Source: Thecamonas trahens ATCC 50062
Lineage: Eukaryota > Protista > Apusomonadida
Direction of reading: 5' to 3'
NCBI RefSeq assembly: GCF_000142905.1
Contig: NW_013657644.1
Span: 239,697-303,696 of the forward strand
Length of the DNA stretch: 64,000 bases
Shown: in pieces, positions 41,349 to 53,500 of the stretch
Layout of the letters: the number at the start of each line of letters is the position of its first letter
How positions within the stretch are numbered: position 1 is the stretch's first letter
Made by a program: the position numbers and the translations under genes
Notes under the pieces: model-generated
The model's database searches: none
What the model was told of the DNA's origin: nothing
The model's input: only the letters and a program-made list of their open reading frames with translations

Positions 41349-42809
41349 TCAGATGCCGATCCATGCGTCGGCGGCCTCGGTGCACCAGTCGCAGAGGTCG
41401 TCCCGAGCGGCGAGGGCGCGCGGCGACCAGGCTGGCACGGCGTCGGTCGGCGTGAACTGGTCGATGAACGAGATCTCCTTGTTGGGCACGTCGGGCATGT
41501 AGCCGCGGAGCCGGTGGATGTAGCCGGTAAAGGTCGATTTGCGGGTTCCGAAGAAGAGGCGGGCACGGGCGCAGACGAGCTGGTCGAGCATGGGAAAGGT
41601 GGACGACGGCGGCGGGTCGTTGAGGACCGGCAGCAAGTTATCGAGGAAAAGGACCGTCCCGGACGCAGCAGCGCGCTCCTGGACGAGTGGCTCAAAGTAC
41701 TTGCGGTCGACCTCGTCGGTGGCGATGTACAGCGTCTCGCCGGGCAGCAGGTACGGAGCAACGTTGCGTGTGATCGAGTTGGCATCGATCCATGACTCTT
41801 TGAACTGAAAGTCGTTGCGTCGGACGTGGAGACATGTGAATGGTGTGGTGCCGAACGGCTTGAGTAGCGCCAGCGCAGTGTCGAACAGGTGGTCGGCGTA
41901 GCGGACGCCGTTGCGAATCGCTCGCTTGATGGCGAGCTCGAGCACCGTGTCCTCGAACCAGAAGAACCGGTAAAAGTTGCCGAGGAGACAGCGGTCAAAG
42001 TGGAGGACACGCGCCTCGTTCCACTGCGCGTTGTCGACTTCAACAAGCGGGAAATCCTCGACGTTGGCAAAGGTGATGAGCCGCATGGCCGCATTGGTCA
42101 TCTCGGTCGAGGTGAGGAGCGTCGAGGTGGCGATCGACGGGCAGCGCGGCACGCAGTGGATGGCACGATAGCCGCCTCCATGTGAGGGAAGCTTGACCAC
42201 ATGCACACCGTCTAGGTCGACAATGCCCTCGTACTCGGAATCGACCATGCCTTGCGGGAGCCCATCATCGCCGCGCTCGCGATGAGCCAGATACGGCTTG
42301 AGCCCAAAGCTGCGCCGGAAGTCGTCCATGGTCACGACGCTGAGGCCCGGAGTAGAGGTGAGAGCGCCGAGGTCCAAGACGTCACCGATTGGAGTCCGAC
42401 CAAGGAAGAGTAGATCTGGCTCTGTGGGCACCACCAGGGTGCGGCCTGTGGCCATGGCGAGCGCGGCGGCGATCTCGAGCGACATGCGCATGTTGGAGAG
42501 GCCTGCGAGGCCACCCCACGGCTCAAAGGTGAGATACTTGTCATTTGCGGGCGGAACACGTTGCGATGCGGGGATGCCTTCGTTGCCCAGCATCCAATAC
42601 CGCATACCCACCGGGACATCGTCATTCGAGAGCGATGCCAGTGAGACCGGCGGCTGGCGGGGAGCAACGAGCGAGACGACAGGCCGTGTGTCGCACGAGG
42701 CGTAGAGCACGCCGAGGAAGGCTGTGAGAAGGGCGAGGACCACGAGCACGCATGCCACTGCCCGCATGAGCAGTGCGTATCCGCTTCCGGGCCGCGTGTA
42801 CCGGAGCAT
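41349..42809 (-). CDS. GDP-fucose protein O-fucosyltransferase-like (POFUT/GT68-type) type II membrane glycosyltransferase
   Basis: N-terminal signal anchor. Motifs GLSNMR...RTLVVP, CLHVRRNDF, LYIATDE and LDQLVCARARLFFGTRKSTFT. Confidence 0.85.
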   Translation of the reverse strand: MLRYTRPGSGYALLMRAVACVLVVLALLTAFLGVLYASCDTRPVVSLVAPRQPPVSLASLSNDDVPVGMRYWMLGNEGIPASQRVPPANDKYLTFEPWGGLAGLSNMRMSLEIAAALAMATGRTLVVPTEPDLLFLGRTPIGDVLDLGALTSTPGLSVVTMDDFRRSFGLKPYLAHRERGDDGLPQGMVDSEYEGIVDLDGVHVVKLPSHGGGYRAIHCVPRCPSIATSTLLTSTEMTNAAMRLITFANVEDFPLVEVDNAQWNEARVLHFDRCLLGNFYRFFWFEDTVLELAIKRAIRNGVRYADHLFDTALALLKPFGTTPFTCLHVRRNDFQFKESWIDANSITRNVAPYLLPGETLYIATDEVDRKYFEPLVQERAAASGTVLFLDNLLPVLNDPPPSSTFPMLDQLVCARARLFFGTRKSTFTGYIHRLRGYMPDVPNKEISFIDQFTPTDAVPAWSPRALAARDDLCDWCTEAADAWIGI

Positions 42810-43130
42810 GCAGTGGGGAGTGGCTGGCTGGCTGGCTGTGTCTGCAGCGGGAGGAGGAGTGTGGGGTGGGGAGGCTGACGACGAGTGTGCGGGGGGGAGG
42901 GGGGGAGGGGGGTGACGGGGGGGGGATGCAACAATTTTTTTTACCACTATCACCCCCCTTCTCCGCCACCTCCAAATGCGGCATGAGTGCGGGCGCCTCG
43001 CGTTACGTGGCAGGCCGGCCAGCAAGCGCAGGGAGGGCGGGCGGGGGAGGGGAGGGGACGGGCCGGGAGGGAAGGGGACGAGGCGATACTTGACTTGGAC
43101 AAGGGCGAGGAGAGCAAGGAAAAGGGGAGA

Positions 43131-44878
43131 ATGCATGCAACACCACCGCCTACGCCGCCTATGACGCCGCGGAGCATTCAGCATGCGCTCCGTGCGCGGG
43201 CGTCGGCAGGAGCGTCCAAGGTCAGGGCAAGCGCCTCGTCGGTGGTTCGGACCACGCTCTCTGTCCTCCAGCACTCGCTCTCTCTCTCGGATCGCATTGT
43301 TCATTGGCTCATTCAGTCTCGTCTGGCAAGCCGTCTCCTCCTTCCCCGCAACTGGCTCGCTATCACCTGCCTCCTGATCTTGCCCTACGTGGCTTACCTT
43401 GCTCCGTCGTCTCAGCCTGGTTGGGCTCCCCTGACTCTCAAGGTCGGCCTCACTTCGCTCGCGCTATGGCTGGCAGGCCAGCTCCTTGCTACGCTGACCT
43501 CGATCTATGTTGCCCGCCGTTGGGTCTTCATCCCCAGGCCCACCAAGGGCGCTCCGCTCACCAGCGAGCCGCTGGTCATGGTTCGTCGTAACGCCACCCG
43601 CAAGTCATGGTCGCCGAACCGGCTCAAGCCGCCGCAGGTCCTTCGATGGGACATTCTCGGCGTGGGTATGTCGTTTATGTTTGGCAAGATCACCGCTATT
43701 CCGCTCTGGCGCCCGCTCCGGGCCCCGATCTTCAGCGCATGGGCCAAGCTCTTCCACGCCAAAGTCGACGAGGCCGAGCACGCGCTCGACCACTACGCCT
43801 CGTTGCAAGATTTTTTCACCCGCGCGCTCAAGCCCGGCCTCCGCCCTGTGGCCGACTCGATCCTCACCTCGCCCGTCGACGGCACAGTGGTGGTGGTCGG
43901 CCCGGTCGAGTCGGACCGCGTCGAGCAAGTCAAGGGCGTCACGTACTCGCTGACCCAGTTTCTCGGACAGGACTCGGCGACCCTTATCGACTCGGCGTCG
44001 CTCCCGCGTGAGGCCGATGCCCATGACGACGCCCCGGGCCTCCCGCGCGAGGTTCTCGACGCACAGCGAGTCAACGACGACGACATTGCGCAGGAGGCGC
44101 TCGAGCTCCTCTCGCACTCGGACGGCTACGACTCGGCGTCATCACTGCTCTCGCTCACCTCGCACCCTGTCGAGTCGCTCCTCACCGTCATTCCCGAGTC
44201 TGAAATCACACTCGAGTCGCAGTCGGAGTTGCGGATGCGGTCGCGCGGGCCGTCGGCGCAGGCCGGCGACAACGGGCCCCGCGCCGGCTCGCCAGCCTTT
44301 GCTGGACCGGCCGGTGTCGACAGTGGGCTCGGCATCGCGCCCGAGCCCGACCTCTCCGAGCCAACGACTCGGCTGTATCACATGGTCATGTACCTCGCGC
44401 CTGGTGACTACCATCGGGTTCACTCGCCGGCCAACGTTAACTTTGACACGCTCCGGCACTTTCCGGGCACCCTCTTCCCCATCTCGCCGATTGTGGCGCG
44501 ACTCATTCCGGACCTCTTTTCGCTCAACGAGCGCGTAGTCATGACCGGCGAGTGGGACTTTGGCTTTTCTCGCAGACTCTTGTTGGCGCCTACAACGTCG
44601 GCTCCATCCAGATCAACTTTGACTCGCAGACCAAGACCAACCGGCTGCTCCGCGACTTCCGCTGCCCCAACCTCGAGCTCTTCTCCTTTGGTGGCGTCGG
44701 CTGCTTTGCCTACAACCGCAACTATGAGAAGCCGATCGAACTCGCAAAGGGCGAGGAGCTGGGTCTCTTCAACCTTGGCTCCACCGTCGTTCTCGTCTTT
44801 GAAGCTCCTCTCGACTTTGAGTTCACCGTCGGCCCCGGCGACAAGGTCCGCATGGGCCAGGCCATCGGCCGCGTCTGA
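43131..44878 (+). CDS. PISD: Phosphatidylserine decarboxylase (mitochondrial PSD1 type); reading frame changes at about 44565-44568
   Basis: Frame 1 holds FFTRALKPGLRP, SPVDG, EQVKGVTYSL, YLAPGDYHRVHSP and NERVV. The -1 frame holds VGAYNVGSI and the FNLGST autocleavage motif. Confidence 0.93.
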
Positions 44879-45377
44879 GAAGTACAGTAGCTACGGCAAT
44901 GAAAGGAGACAAGGCTTGAGACGTGATCTGGAGCCGTGTCATGTCTGGGCAGTAGCCGCTTGTGCTTCCCGAGGCTAGACGTTGATCTGTTCAGCCGACA
45001 ATCGTCTGTCTACGCATTCGCCGGATGCTGCCAGTCCACGCCCACCGACTGGCAACCATCGACCACCAGCCGCCAACCCGGGAGCCAGGGCCAAGGCCAA
45101 GCGCACCCCACCCCACCACCACCACCACCACCACCAACCACCAACCACCGCCACCGCTACCCACTAGCTAGTCAGCCACCCTTTCTCCATCTCCACCATG
45201 TCCACTGCCCGACGCAGGCGGCCACCACAGTCGCGACGGGCAGAGGGGGTGGCCAGCAACGGAAGGAGTGGTGGTGGACAGAGGCGACACGCGCTGCGGA
45301 AACTGCCCAAGTTTACAGCAGGCCACACACGGCTATCTACTCATGGATCATCCATTTCAACACGATTGAGGATTGCC

Positions 45378-47782
45378 ATGGCTCGGACTCAAGTCAGTGT
45401 ACCAAACCATCAGCAGGAGGGGAGGGCCAGGCGAGGTGGTCCTCTCGGATCAAGTCAACGTGGTCTGCCTCTGGCTCCACCTCCGCCTGTCATCGATCTG
45501 GCGCCATCTCCGCCACCACCGGCGTCAGACGCATCGAGTGATAGTGGACGTCCGGTCGTGACACACTCGTCAAGTCACTTGCTCTCGGCACCAGGAACGT
45601 CAGATGACACGCTGCCGTCGCTCTCGATGTCGTTGCGGAGATCGTACTCGCTGTCAAACACCGATGAGGTGTTCTACCTGCCAGACCCCAAGGCTCTGCC
45701 AACTTACGACACCGCCCACCAGGCCATCGACCGCAAGACTGCCATTCCGTCCGGCCCGGTAGCGTCAGCCAAGCCGCAGCCACAGCCGAGTGGACATCGG
45801 TCAATATCTGCGGACCACAGCCTGGCCGGGACCCGGTCGCGGCTTCACGGTGCGGCCGCGCACTCGCACTCTCACGGACGGATCCAGCTGGCGAAAGCCA
45901 TTCGTGGGGCGCGGGCGTCGTCGACAAGGCCCAAGTTTGTGCGCGAGCTCGAGCGGTTCATTGCGTCCGAGCTGGCGGCGCTTAAGGATGCCACCGGGAC
46001 CGAGGCCGAGCCGGTGTACATTGCGCGCGAGCGGGTCCAGATCTTCCGCGAGGTCTTTGCGCTCCTCATCGAGGAGTTTGACGTCTACAAGTCCCTCCTC
46101 GCCACCATCAAGTCCGAGTACGAGGCGGCACTGAGCACGGTCTCGCGCGAGGTCGACGCCCTGCGCCCGATGCGTCCGGCGCTCGCCACGCTCAAGCGCG
46201 AGACTACCGACGAGGTGGCGCGTCTGCAGGACGAACATGCCCGGGTGGTGGCCCAGCTCAAGGCCCAGCGGACGGCGATGCAGGAGCACATGGCCAAGCA
46301 GCGTGCGCAGCTCGAGGCCGAACAGGCAGAAAAGGCCGCCCTCCACGACCGCTTGCTCACCGCGGAGACGCTCACTCAGCACAAGTCTCAGATGCACAAG
46401 CTCCTCTACGATCGCATCCATGCCAAGGACGCAGAGCTCGCAGTGGCGCTCTCGGCGCATCGCGACATCTCGGCCAAGTACGCGGCGTCAAAGAAGCGAC
46501 TCGAGGACGTTCTCTTTGAGTTGCGCCAGACCGAGGATGACTTGGTCATCCTCCGCAAGTCGCTGCAGGAGATGCGGCCGGCGGCCGAGGTGGCGGCGCT
46601 AGAAGAAGCTGCCGCCGCCGACGCGGCAACCATTGCCTCCCTCGAAGCCGCGCTGTCTGCGGCCGAGGAGCAGCTCCGCATGGCCCGAGCCCAGAGCTCG
46701 CGGGCCGAGGCGGCAGCTGCCGGCGGCGGCGAAGCCGGCACCGCTGTTTCCAGCGGACAGGCAACGCCTTTGGGCGAGCGCTCGATCTCGGGCCCACACG
46801 GCTTGCAAGGTGTCTGGGGCCATAGCGGCTCAGCCGGCGACGTCGACTCTGGTCGGGCCGCGGCGCTGTGGGCGATTTGGTCGTCAGACTTTGCGCTGCT
46901 CTCGCACACCAACCAGCTCGCGCTGCGGCGGATGGTTGCCGCGGGCGCTAGTGTCGACGAGGTTGTCGCGGTCCTCATGCAGGGCCTGGTCGAGCTGGAG
47001 CGCCGGTCCGGTGTCCGGGCCCGGATCCCCGAAGCCGAGACCGATCTCGATCGGACCGAGCTGGCAGCGCGGATGCGGCAGTCGCAGCCGGGCGAGTTTC
47101 CTGCACCGGGCACCGGGCCGAACGTGCCGACATATCGCGCCACCGACGCACCGGTCCCCAACCTGCAGTTTGGCAAGCGCAAGACCGAGGATATGATTGC
47201 GGCCATCTGGGCGGCGCGGGACGAGAGTAAGAGCGGAGTCGACCTCGAGACCTTCCTCACCCAGTGGTCACACAAGCGGTACGGTCCACGAGCGGCGCTC
47301 ATGATGATCAACCTCGAAGAGGCGTGTCTGGTGTGGTCAGCCGACCCGGACTGCGCACTGTACCTGGCCATCATCCACAACGCCGTGCCCGAGTCTGTCC
47401 GCCACGATGAGGCATCCGAGGTCGACACCGTCATCGCCCATCTCCGTGACGCCGACGCTGCCGTCAACGGCGGGCGGGCCAAGGGCAAGCTCCTGCTCAC
47501 CCAGATGGTCAAGGCCCTTCTGTCGGCCTTCCCGACAAGACTGATGCCCAGCTCGACGCCCTCGTTGGAGAGCTCAAGTACGGCCTCACCCGCGGCTTTG
47601 GCGTCCGCACCGGCAACAACTCTCCGAACCCACCCATCCGCTACGAGGCCCTCTTTGAGGATGACAAGTTTGCCTCACAATCGCCCTTTGCTGAAGAGCT
47701 CCGCCACCAGCATCTCGAGGCAGCGCTCCAGCGCGACACATCCCCTCCGACCTCACCATCCACTAACGATGCCATCCAGTAG
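45378..47782 (+). CDS. Translin-associated factor X-interacting protein 1 (TSNAXIP1)-like coiled-coil protein; reading frame changes at about 47530
   Basis: TSNAXIP1_N-like PKFVRELERFI...RVQIFREVF..LIEEFDVYKSLLATIKSEYE; FPAPGTGPNVPTYR; ADPDCALYLAI. The C-terminal YEALFEDD...QSPFAEEL lies in the -1 frame. Confidence 0.75.
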
Positions 47783-47815
47783 CGATGCCATCCAGTAGCG
47801 ATGCCATGTAGCGAC
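47764..47815. repeat. Short tandem repeat (cgatgccatccagtag) x2-3
   Basis: aacgatgccatccagtagcgatgccatccagtagcgatgccatgtagcga. Confidence 0.8.
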
Positions 47816-47986
47816 ACAAATGCAGTACCGATAGATGCACACCGATTGCCATGACTGCTGCAGTCAGTGGTAGTCAGCAGCTGGCCGGCCAGCTCCTTTG
47901 CCGCCCGTCGGCTGTAGCCAAGCTAGCGAGAGCAAGAGGTGGAGCCACTTGACGCCGACACGCGGGACTCAGTAATCGACGGAGCC

Positions 47987-49474
47987 ATGTCCGAGACGAA
48001 CAGTACAGGCACAGGAGGCGGGAACAGTGGAAGTGGTACCGGACAAGGGGGCGAGGGCAGTGGTACCATGGACGTGCCCGCCATGTCCAGCCCCACCGGG
48101 TCCAGCCCAACCAGGTCGTCGACAGCAACGACGACGACAGCGACGACAGCAACGACGGCGACAACATCGACCAGTTTGACCAGGACGGGAACAGGGGCGG
48201 CCGGAGGAGGAGCGGGGGGAGGGAGCTTTGCAGGGAGTGTGCTGAAGGATGGCGTGTTTGTGGATCCGTCTGGCAATGCCATGGATGTGGTCTCCTGGCT
48301 CACCGAGCATCTGCAACATGCTTGGGGCTCGACGGCTTGGTTGGTGCCGGGTGTGCTCAAGGCAGCGGCGTCGAGATTCTCAGTCCTCTCGGCAAAGATC
48401 AAGGCAAAGCTTGTTCTCTCTTTTGTGGTACTCAAGCCAAAGCGGTTTGCAGAGTTTGCTGATGCTGCAGATGCCATTGCTCAGGCGGCTGCCAAGGACT
48501 CGGACGAGTGGGTCCGCACCATTGCCGCCATTGCAAGCCATATCAACGCCGATCGCTCTTGGATTGACACCGCAAAGCTGCTCGAGTCCAATGACGCTGG
48601 CGGCTTGGAGATCATGCGGAGACTGGCTGCAGTTGCTGATGCTGCTCTCAATTCTCGCCAGGCGCAGCCGGCGCTGAGTCGCCGGGAGGACACCCTCATT
48701 GCCTCGGCGACGGGCCCGAAGGACGTGCCGGCAGCCGCGCCAAAGCCGTACACCATCTCGATCGCCGCGTCCCCCGACAACCGGCCAAGATTTGCGTGGG
48801 AGCCGCGCCCGGCGGCCGAGAAGGAGCTCGAGCAGAGCCGGCGACCGGCGGCCAAGCCGATAGCCAAGCCGTTGGGCCGGCCGGCTATACGGCCGTCGCT
48901 GTCAGCATCGTCACCATCGGTAGCAGCGGGACTTCGCGGGCGTGGACGTGGGCGCGGGCGCGGGCGCGGGCTCACTGCCGAGCAGCTGCAAGCCCGCAAG
49001 GCTGCCCGCGAGGCCGAAGCCCGCCGTGCCCGCGAGCGCGCCGAGCGGCGCAAGGCTGCGCCCGTTGTCGTTGACGCCGCTCAGGTCGAGGCCGAGGCCG
49101 CCGCCGCCCGCGAGGCCGAGGCCCGCGCCAAGGCTGCCGCTCGCGAGGCCGAAAAAGAGGCCAAGAAGGCTGCGCGCAAGGCCGCTCGCGAAGCCAAGCG
49201 CAAGGCTCTCCGCGAAGAGCTCAAGCGCAAGCGCGACGAGGATCGCGCCGCCGCTGTCGCCGCCGCTGGCATCGACGCCCCAGTCACCAAGAAGGCCAAG
49301 ACCAACGACGGAACAGCAAGCCCCACCGCGTCATCAGCCAGCCAAGGCGCTGCTGGTGAGTGTGATGAGGCCAATCCCGAGGCTGGCGGCGTGATGGGGC
49401 CGGCCGGCGGAGATGGTGGAGACGGCGGAGCGGCGGCAACGACGGGAGCGGAGGCAGCGGCGGAAGGCGAGTAA
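47987..49474 (+). CDS. NELFA: Negative elongation factor A (NELF-A)-like protein
   Basis: WLTEHL...W...LVPGVLKAAASRFSVLSAKIKAKLVLSF...AAKDSDEWVRTIA matches the NELF-A N-terminal pattern. Basic coiled-coil tail. Confidence 0.75.
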   Translation: MSETNSTGTGGGNSGSGTGQGGEGSGTMDVPAMSSPTGSSPTRSSTATTTTATTATTATTSTSLTRTGTGAAGGGAGGGSFAGSVLKDGVFVDPSGNAMDVVSWLTEHLQHAWGSTAWLVPGVLKAAASRFSVLSAKIKAKLVLSFVVLKPKRFAEFADAADAIAQAAAKDSDEWVRTIAAIASHINADRSWIDTAKLLESNDAGGLEIMRRLAAVADAALNSRQAQPALSRREDTLIASATGPKDVPAAAPKPYTISIAASPDNRPRFAWEPRPAAEKELEQSRRPAAKPIAKPLGRPAIRPSLSASSPSVAAGLRGRGRGRGRGRGLTAEQLQARKAAREAEARRARERAERRKAAPVVVDAAQVEAEAAAAREAEARAKAAAREAEKEAKKAARKAAREAKRKALREELKRKRDEDRAAAVAAAGIDAPVTKKAKTNDGTASPTASSASQGAAGECDEANPEAGGVMGPAGGDGGDGGAAATTGAEAAAEGE

Positions 49475-49524
49475 ACCCGACTCGGGAAGGAGGGGGGGGT
49501 CTGGGTGTGTAGGACAGAGGCGAC

Positions 49525-50565
49525 ATGGCAGACACATACAACGGGCGACTCAAACCAGGAGCTTACAAGGGCGTGCTGGGCGCGAGTGAGTCGCACGACA
49601 CGCTGTCGGCCACCAAGGCCAAAGTCGATGAGTTGGCGGCGCTGGTGGCCGGCGCTCGGCATGTGGTCGTTCATACTGGTGCGGGCATCTCGGTCGGGGC
49701 TGGCATCGCAGACTTTCGATCAGCGACGGGCGTGTGGACGGCAGAGGCGGTGGCGGCTGGGGAGCTGGATGTGGAAGATATGGGCAAAGTGAGCTCGGCA
49801 TCAAGACCGCCGTCTGAGGCCATGGACGCTGTCGCTGCTCACGGCTTTCGAGCCGCCCGCCCGACGTATGTCCATCGGGCGCTTTCCTTTCTTGTCGCGC
49901 GAGGCATCGTTGCCTTTATCGTCTCGCAGAACGTAGACGGCTTGCATCTGCGGGCAGGTACGCCGGCAAGCAAAATTGCTGAGCTCCATGGGAACGTCTT
50001 TAAGGAGTGGTGCGCCAAGTGCGGTGCCGGGTACGTGGGCAAGGTCGAGCTCAAGTCGGTCGGTTTCAAGCCGACAGGTCGAGTCTGTCTCCGCTGTAGG
50101 GGGCCGATGCTCGATTGCATACTCGACTGGGATGATGCGCTGCCGGCAAACGCGCTAGACGCGGCCATTGCCCACTCGCGGGCGGCGGACCTCTCGATTG
50201 TCCTGGGTTCGTCGCTCCAGATCGCCCCGGCCCGCGGACTGCCGGTCCGGACAACACGTAAGAATGGCAAGGCTGCTCCAGGTGCGCTCGCTGTTGTCAA
50301 CCTTCAGCCAACTTGTGTCGACCGCCATGCTGCTGTTCGCATCGGGTACGATGTCCAGGGTGTCATGGCTATGCTGATGGAGCGATTGGGGCTGGGCGAG
50401 GCGCTGGGCACATGGGAGGCACCGCCGCCTGTACTCGGCTGGATCGACGCACCTGAGTCGCCACAGGCAGCAGCGCGAAGCACCCGCAAGCGAGGGCAAA
50501 GGCCGTCGACTGATGAAGAGCCCAGCCTGGCGCCAGCTGTCAAGAGGAGCAAGGGTTTAGAGTGA
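49525..50565 (+). CDS. SIRT6: NAD-dependent deacylase, SIRT6-like (class IV sirtuin)
   Basis: Motifs HTGAGISVGAGIADFRSATGVWT, SQNVDGLH, ELHGN, CxxC, ILDWDDALP, LGSSLQIAP and VVNLQPT. C-terminal basic NLS-like sequence. Confidence 0.9.
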   Translation: MADTYNGRLKPGAYKGVLGASESHDTLSATKAKVDELAALVAGARHVVVHTGAGISVGAGIADFRSATGVWTAEAVAAGELDVEDMGKVSSASRPPSEAMDAVAAHGFRAARPTYVHRALSFLVARGIVAFIVSQNVDGLHLRAGTPASKIAELHGNVFKEWCAKCGAGYVGKVELKSVGFKPTGRVCLRCRGPMLDCILDWDDALPANALDAAIAHSRAADLSIVLGSSLQIAPARGLPVRTTRKNGKAAPGALAVVNLQPTCVDRHAAVRIGYDVQGVMAMLMERLGLGEALGTWEAPPPVLGWIDAPESPQAAARSTRKRGQRPSTDEEPSLAPAVKRSKGLE

Positions 50566-53500
50566 TGGCGGCGTCGGCGAAGGCGGTGACGAGCATGCAG
50601 CACTTTTCGCGGCGGCGAGCTGGTCGCGGAGCACACTGAGCTGCGCCTCGTGAGAGATGTGCACGCGGAACAGGTTGCGATCGCGCTGGGTGAGTTCGGC
50701 CTGGAGCCTGTCGATCTCATTGCGGAGATTGGTAGTCTCAGAGGTGACGTCGCGAAGGGCCGACGACTCGCCGTGGAACAACGGGGTGGCATGGAGCTCG
50801 TCATCGGTGACAAGGAGATGGGCAACGTCGCGAGAGGCAGTGGTGGCGCCCGCGCGCAACGCCGGCGACACGCCGCCCTTGCCGTCGGCGGTGACACCAA
50901 GGCCGAGCACGGTCATGACCCACCAGTTTCGCTTTCGAATCCACGGCAGCAGTCGCAGGTTGGCGAGGATGGCGAGGAGAATGAACAGCAGGAACACAAA
51001 CGAGATGACGACAACGATGATGTGGTCGAGCGTTCCGATGTCGGTCGACGACAAGTTGCTCACCTGGTCCGCCGACGAAAACAGTCGCAGCTCGGCCTGG
51101 ACAAGGAGCACCGCCACGATGAGAGAGACGAGCGAGACAAGCTCGGCGAGGTTGACCAGCGAGGTCGAGAACGGCGCCCACCAGCCCTGGAGCGCAAGCT
51201 CGGCACCGAGGACAGAGACCACCGCCAGCGGGCCAAACGACGAGGTCGGCGCCGTGATCGAGAGCACGACCGTGACAAAGATGCGCCGGGCGGTGAAAAA
51301 CATCTCGAACCACCATGCGCCCGGCCGGAATGACTCGTAAAGGATCGAGTACTTGGTGCGGACGGCAAGCGAGTCGAGGGCGCCCGTTTGCGCGGCATAG
51401 AAGACAACGCCGTGAGCGTAAAAAAGGGCAATCGTGTACACAATCATGGCCCCCGTCCCCCACCACGCCATACGGACGTAGTCGTGCTCTTGTCGCGAGC
51501 AGCGGATCCACGGCGCGGCGCGCATGTACAAATCGCCGTCACCCGGCACGCCCGACGAGTCGCACGAAAAGAGCGAGAGGTAGATGCCAAGAACGGGAAA
51601 GTAGACCATGTACAGGATGGCAATCAAGATGGAGATGATGAGCCATAACAGCCGGTGGAGGCGGGTCGTAATCCTGGTGTAGATGGCCCCGGCAAGCGCT
51701 TGGGCATCCTGACGGTGCCGTACGCTGCGCCGCAGCCACCAGCCACGGACAACGAGCCAGCAGGCGTACACGCCAAAAACAAGTAGCGCAAAGGCGGCGT
51801 AGATGAGCGGCCCCAACATGACGAGGACAAGAATGGTGGGATATGTGCTGGCAAACGACGTGCGCGAACAGATACTGGGCGTGACAATGAAAATGCCGTT
51901 GTTGAAGACGCGAAAGAACGAGAAGAGTTGCGGGAGAGTGATCGGAAGCGTAATTACGTTCATGGTCTGGAACCAGATGGTGGTGACCTTGTAAAAGCCC
52001 GAGTTGACCGCGAGCGTCTGGCGGACTTCCCACAACGGAATGTCGCCGAGAAAGCCTCCAAAACTCTGGTGAGCATCGACAGTGCCTGTGCGAGTCGACT
52101 CGTTGATCGGGTTCGCCATGAGCGGGGTTCGGAGGTCGGCGGTGCCGATGCCAGACGTCTTGGCAGCTTCGAGGTCAAGAGGGAGCGAGGAGCGGACCAG
52201 AAAGTGAAAAGAGACTACAACAAAGAGAAACAGCTCAACCATGAGGGCGGTTGTGGACATCGCATACGAGGCTGCGGCAACGGTGATGCAGCCGACGAGG
52301 ATGCCGACAAGAAGAAGCTCTCGCCAGTAGGTGCGAAGAAAGAGCGGGATCGACGGGTTGCGGTGGTACGCCGCGCGGCGCTTGGCCCGCATCGGGTTCT
52401 GCTCGCGGGCGCGGAGAACAATCAAGGCGGTAAGTGCAGCAGTGATCATGAGCGACGAGGTGACGGCGTTGATCTTGCTCGACGCGGCCGAGCTGCAGTG
52501 GCGGCACTCGCCTTGGATGTAGTAAAAGTAGCCGTCGGCACACTGCGAGCAGAGCCGGCCGTAGTAGCCCGGCAGGCAAAGGTCACCAGTGCAATTGAGC
52601 CGGACGGTGTCGGGCTCGGTGGCGTACGGCACGCAAGTCACGTTTCCAAACGGGTTGCAAACCGAGGTCCGGTGAATGTTGACGGTTGAGGTGCACGGCA
52701 CAAAGGCTGAGGCGGCCGAGGACTGCGGCGCCGGCCAGTAGCCGACGGCGGGCTGAACGGCGCGCGAGCTGGCGGCCGTGGTGGCACAAAGCCTGCCGTC
52801 GGAGCAGTATGAGACGGCGGTCCGACACCCAGTGGTGGCGTTTGGAGAGGCCGAGACAACTCCGGTGTAGCCTTGGATGCATGAGCAGAGCTGATAGCGG
52901 TAGTAGGACGGGTCGATGGAGACGACCGAGCGCCGTGAGGAGTCAGTGAGGCCGGGACACGCGTAGTGATCCAGCGGGAACTTGCGCTCGGTAACCGGGT
53001 CCGGCACGAGGAACGACTCGACCGGAGTGACGCTCGCTATCATCCGGGCGTTACCATGCAACGAGAGGAAGCGGAGATTGGTGGCGAGGGCAACGGCAAA
53101 CGAAAGCGGGATGCTGCCGACAAAGTCGTTGTCGGAGAGATCGAGGGTGGAGAGGCCGTACGGCAGGTTGAACGATGAAGCGAGGGCAGTGCGCGGAAGT
53201 CGACCCTCGAGCCTGTTGCTCGACAAATCCAGGTAAGAGATCGAGGGAAGAGGAGCAGAGTGTCCGATGCGAGCTGGCCGCCGATGCTGTTCTCGCTCAT
53301 GATGAGCGTTTCCATCGAGACAATGCTAGTCCGTCCGGCGTCGACGCAAAACGGCCAGTTGCTGGCCACTGCGCCGGGTGGTGCACGCATCATGCGAGTC
53401 AGCGCCTGAAGAAGCGAAGAGCCGCCAAATGCACGCGGATTGGCGCTCACGTCCAGGAAACGGAGATTTGCAGTCCACTTGCAGACAAACTGCGTCTGTG

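Noticed and set aside
44535-44575. 41-nt GT-AG intron that would fix the PISD frame
   Set aside because: It would delete the conserved VVxxGxWxxGFFS segment. The alternative 24-nt GT-AG (44552-44575) does not change frame.
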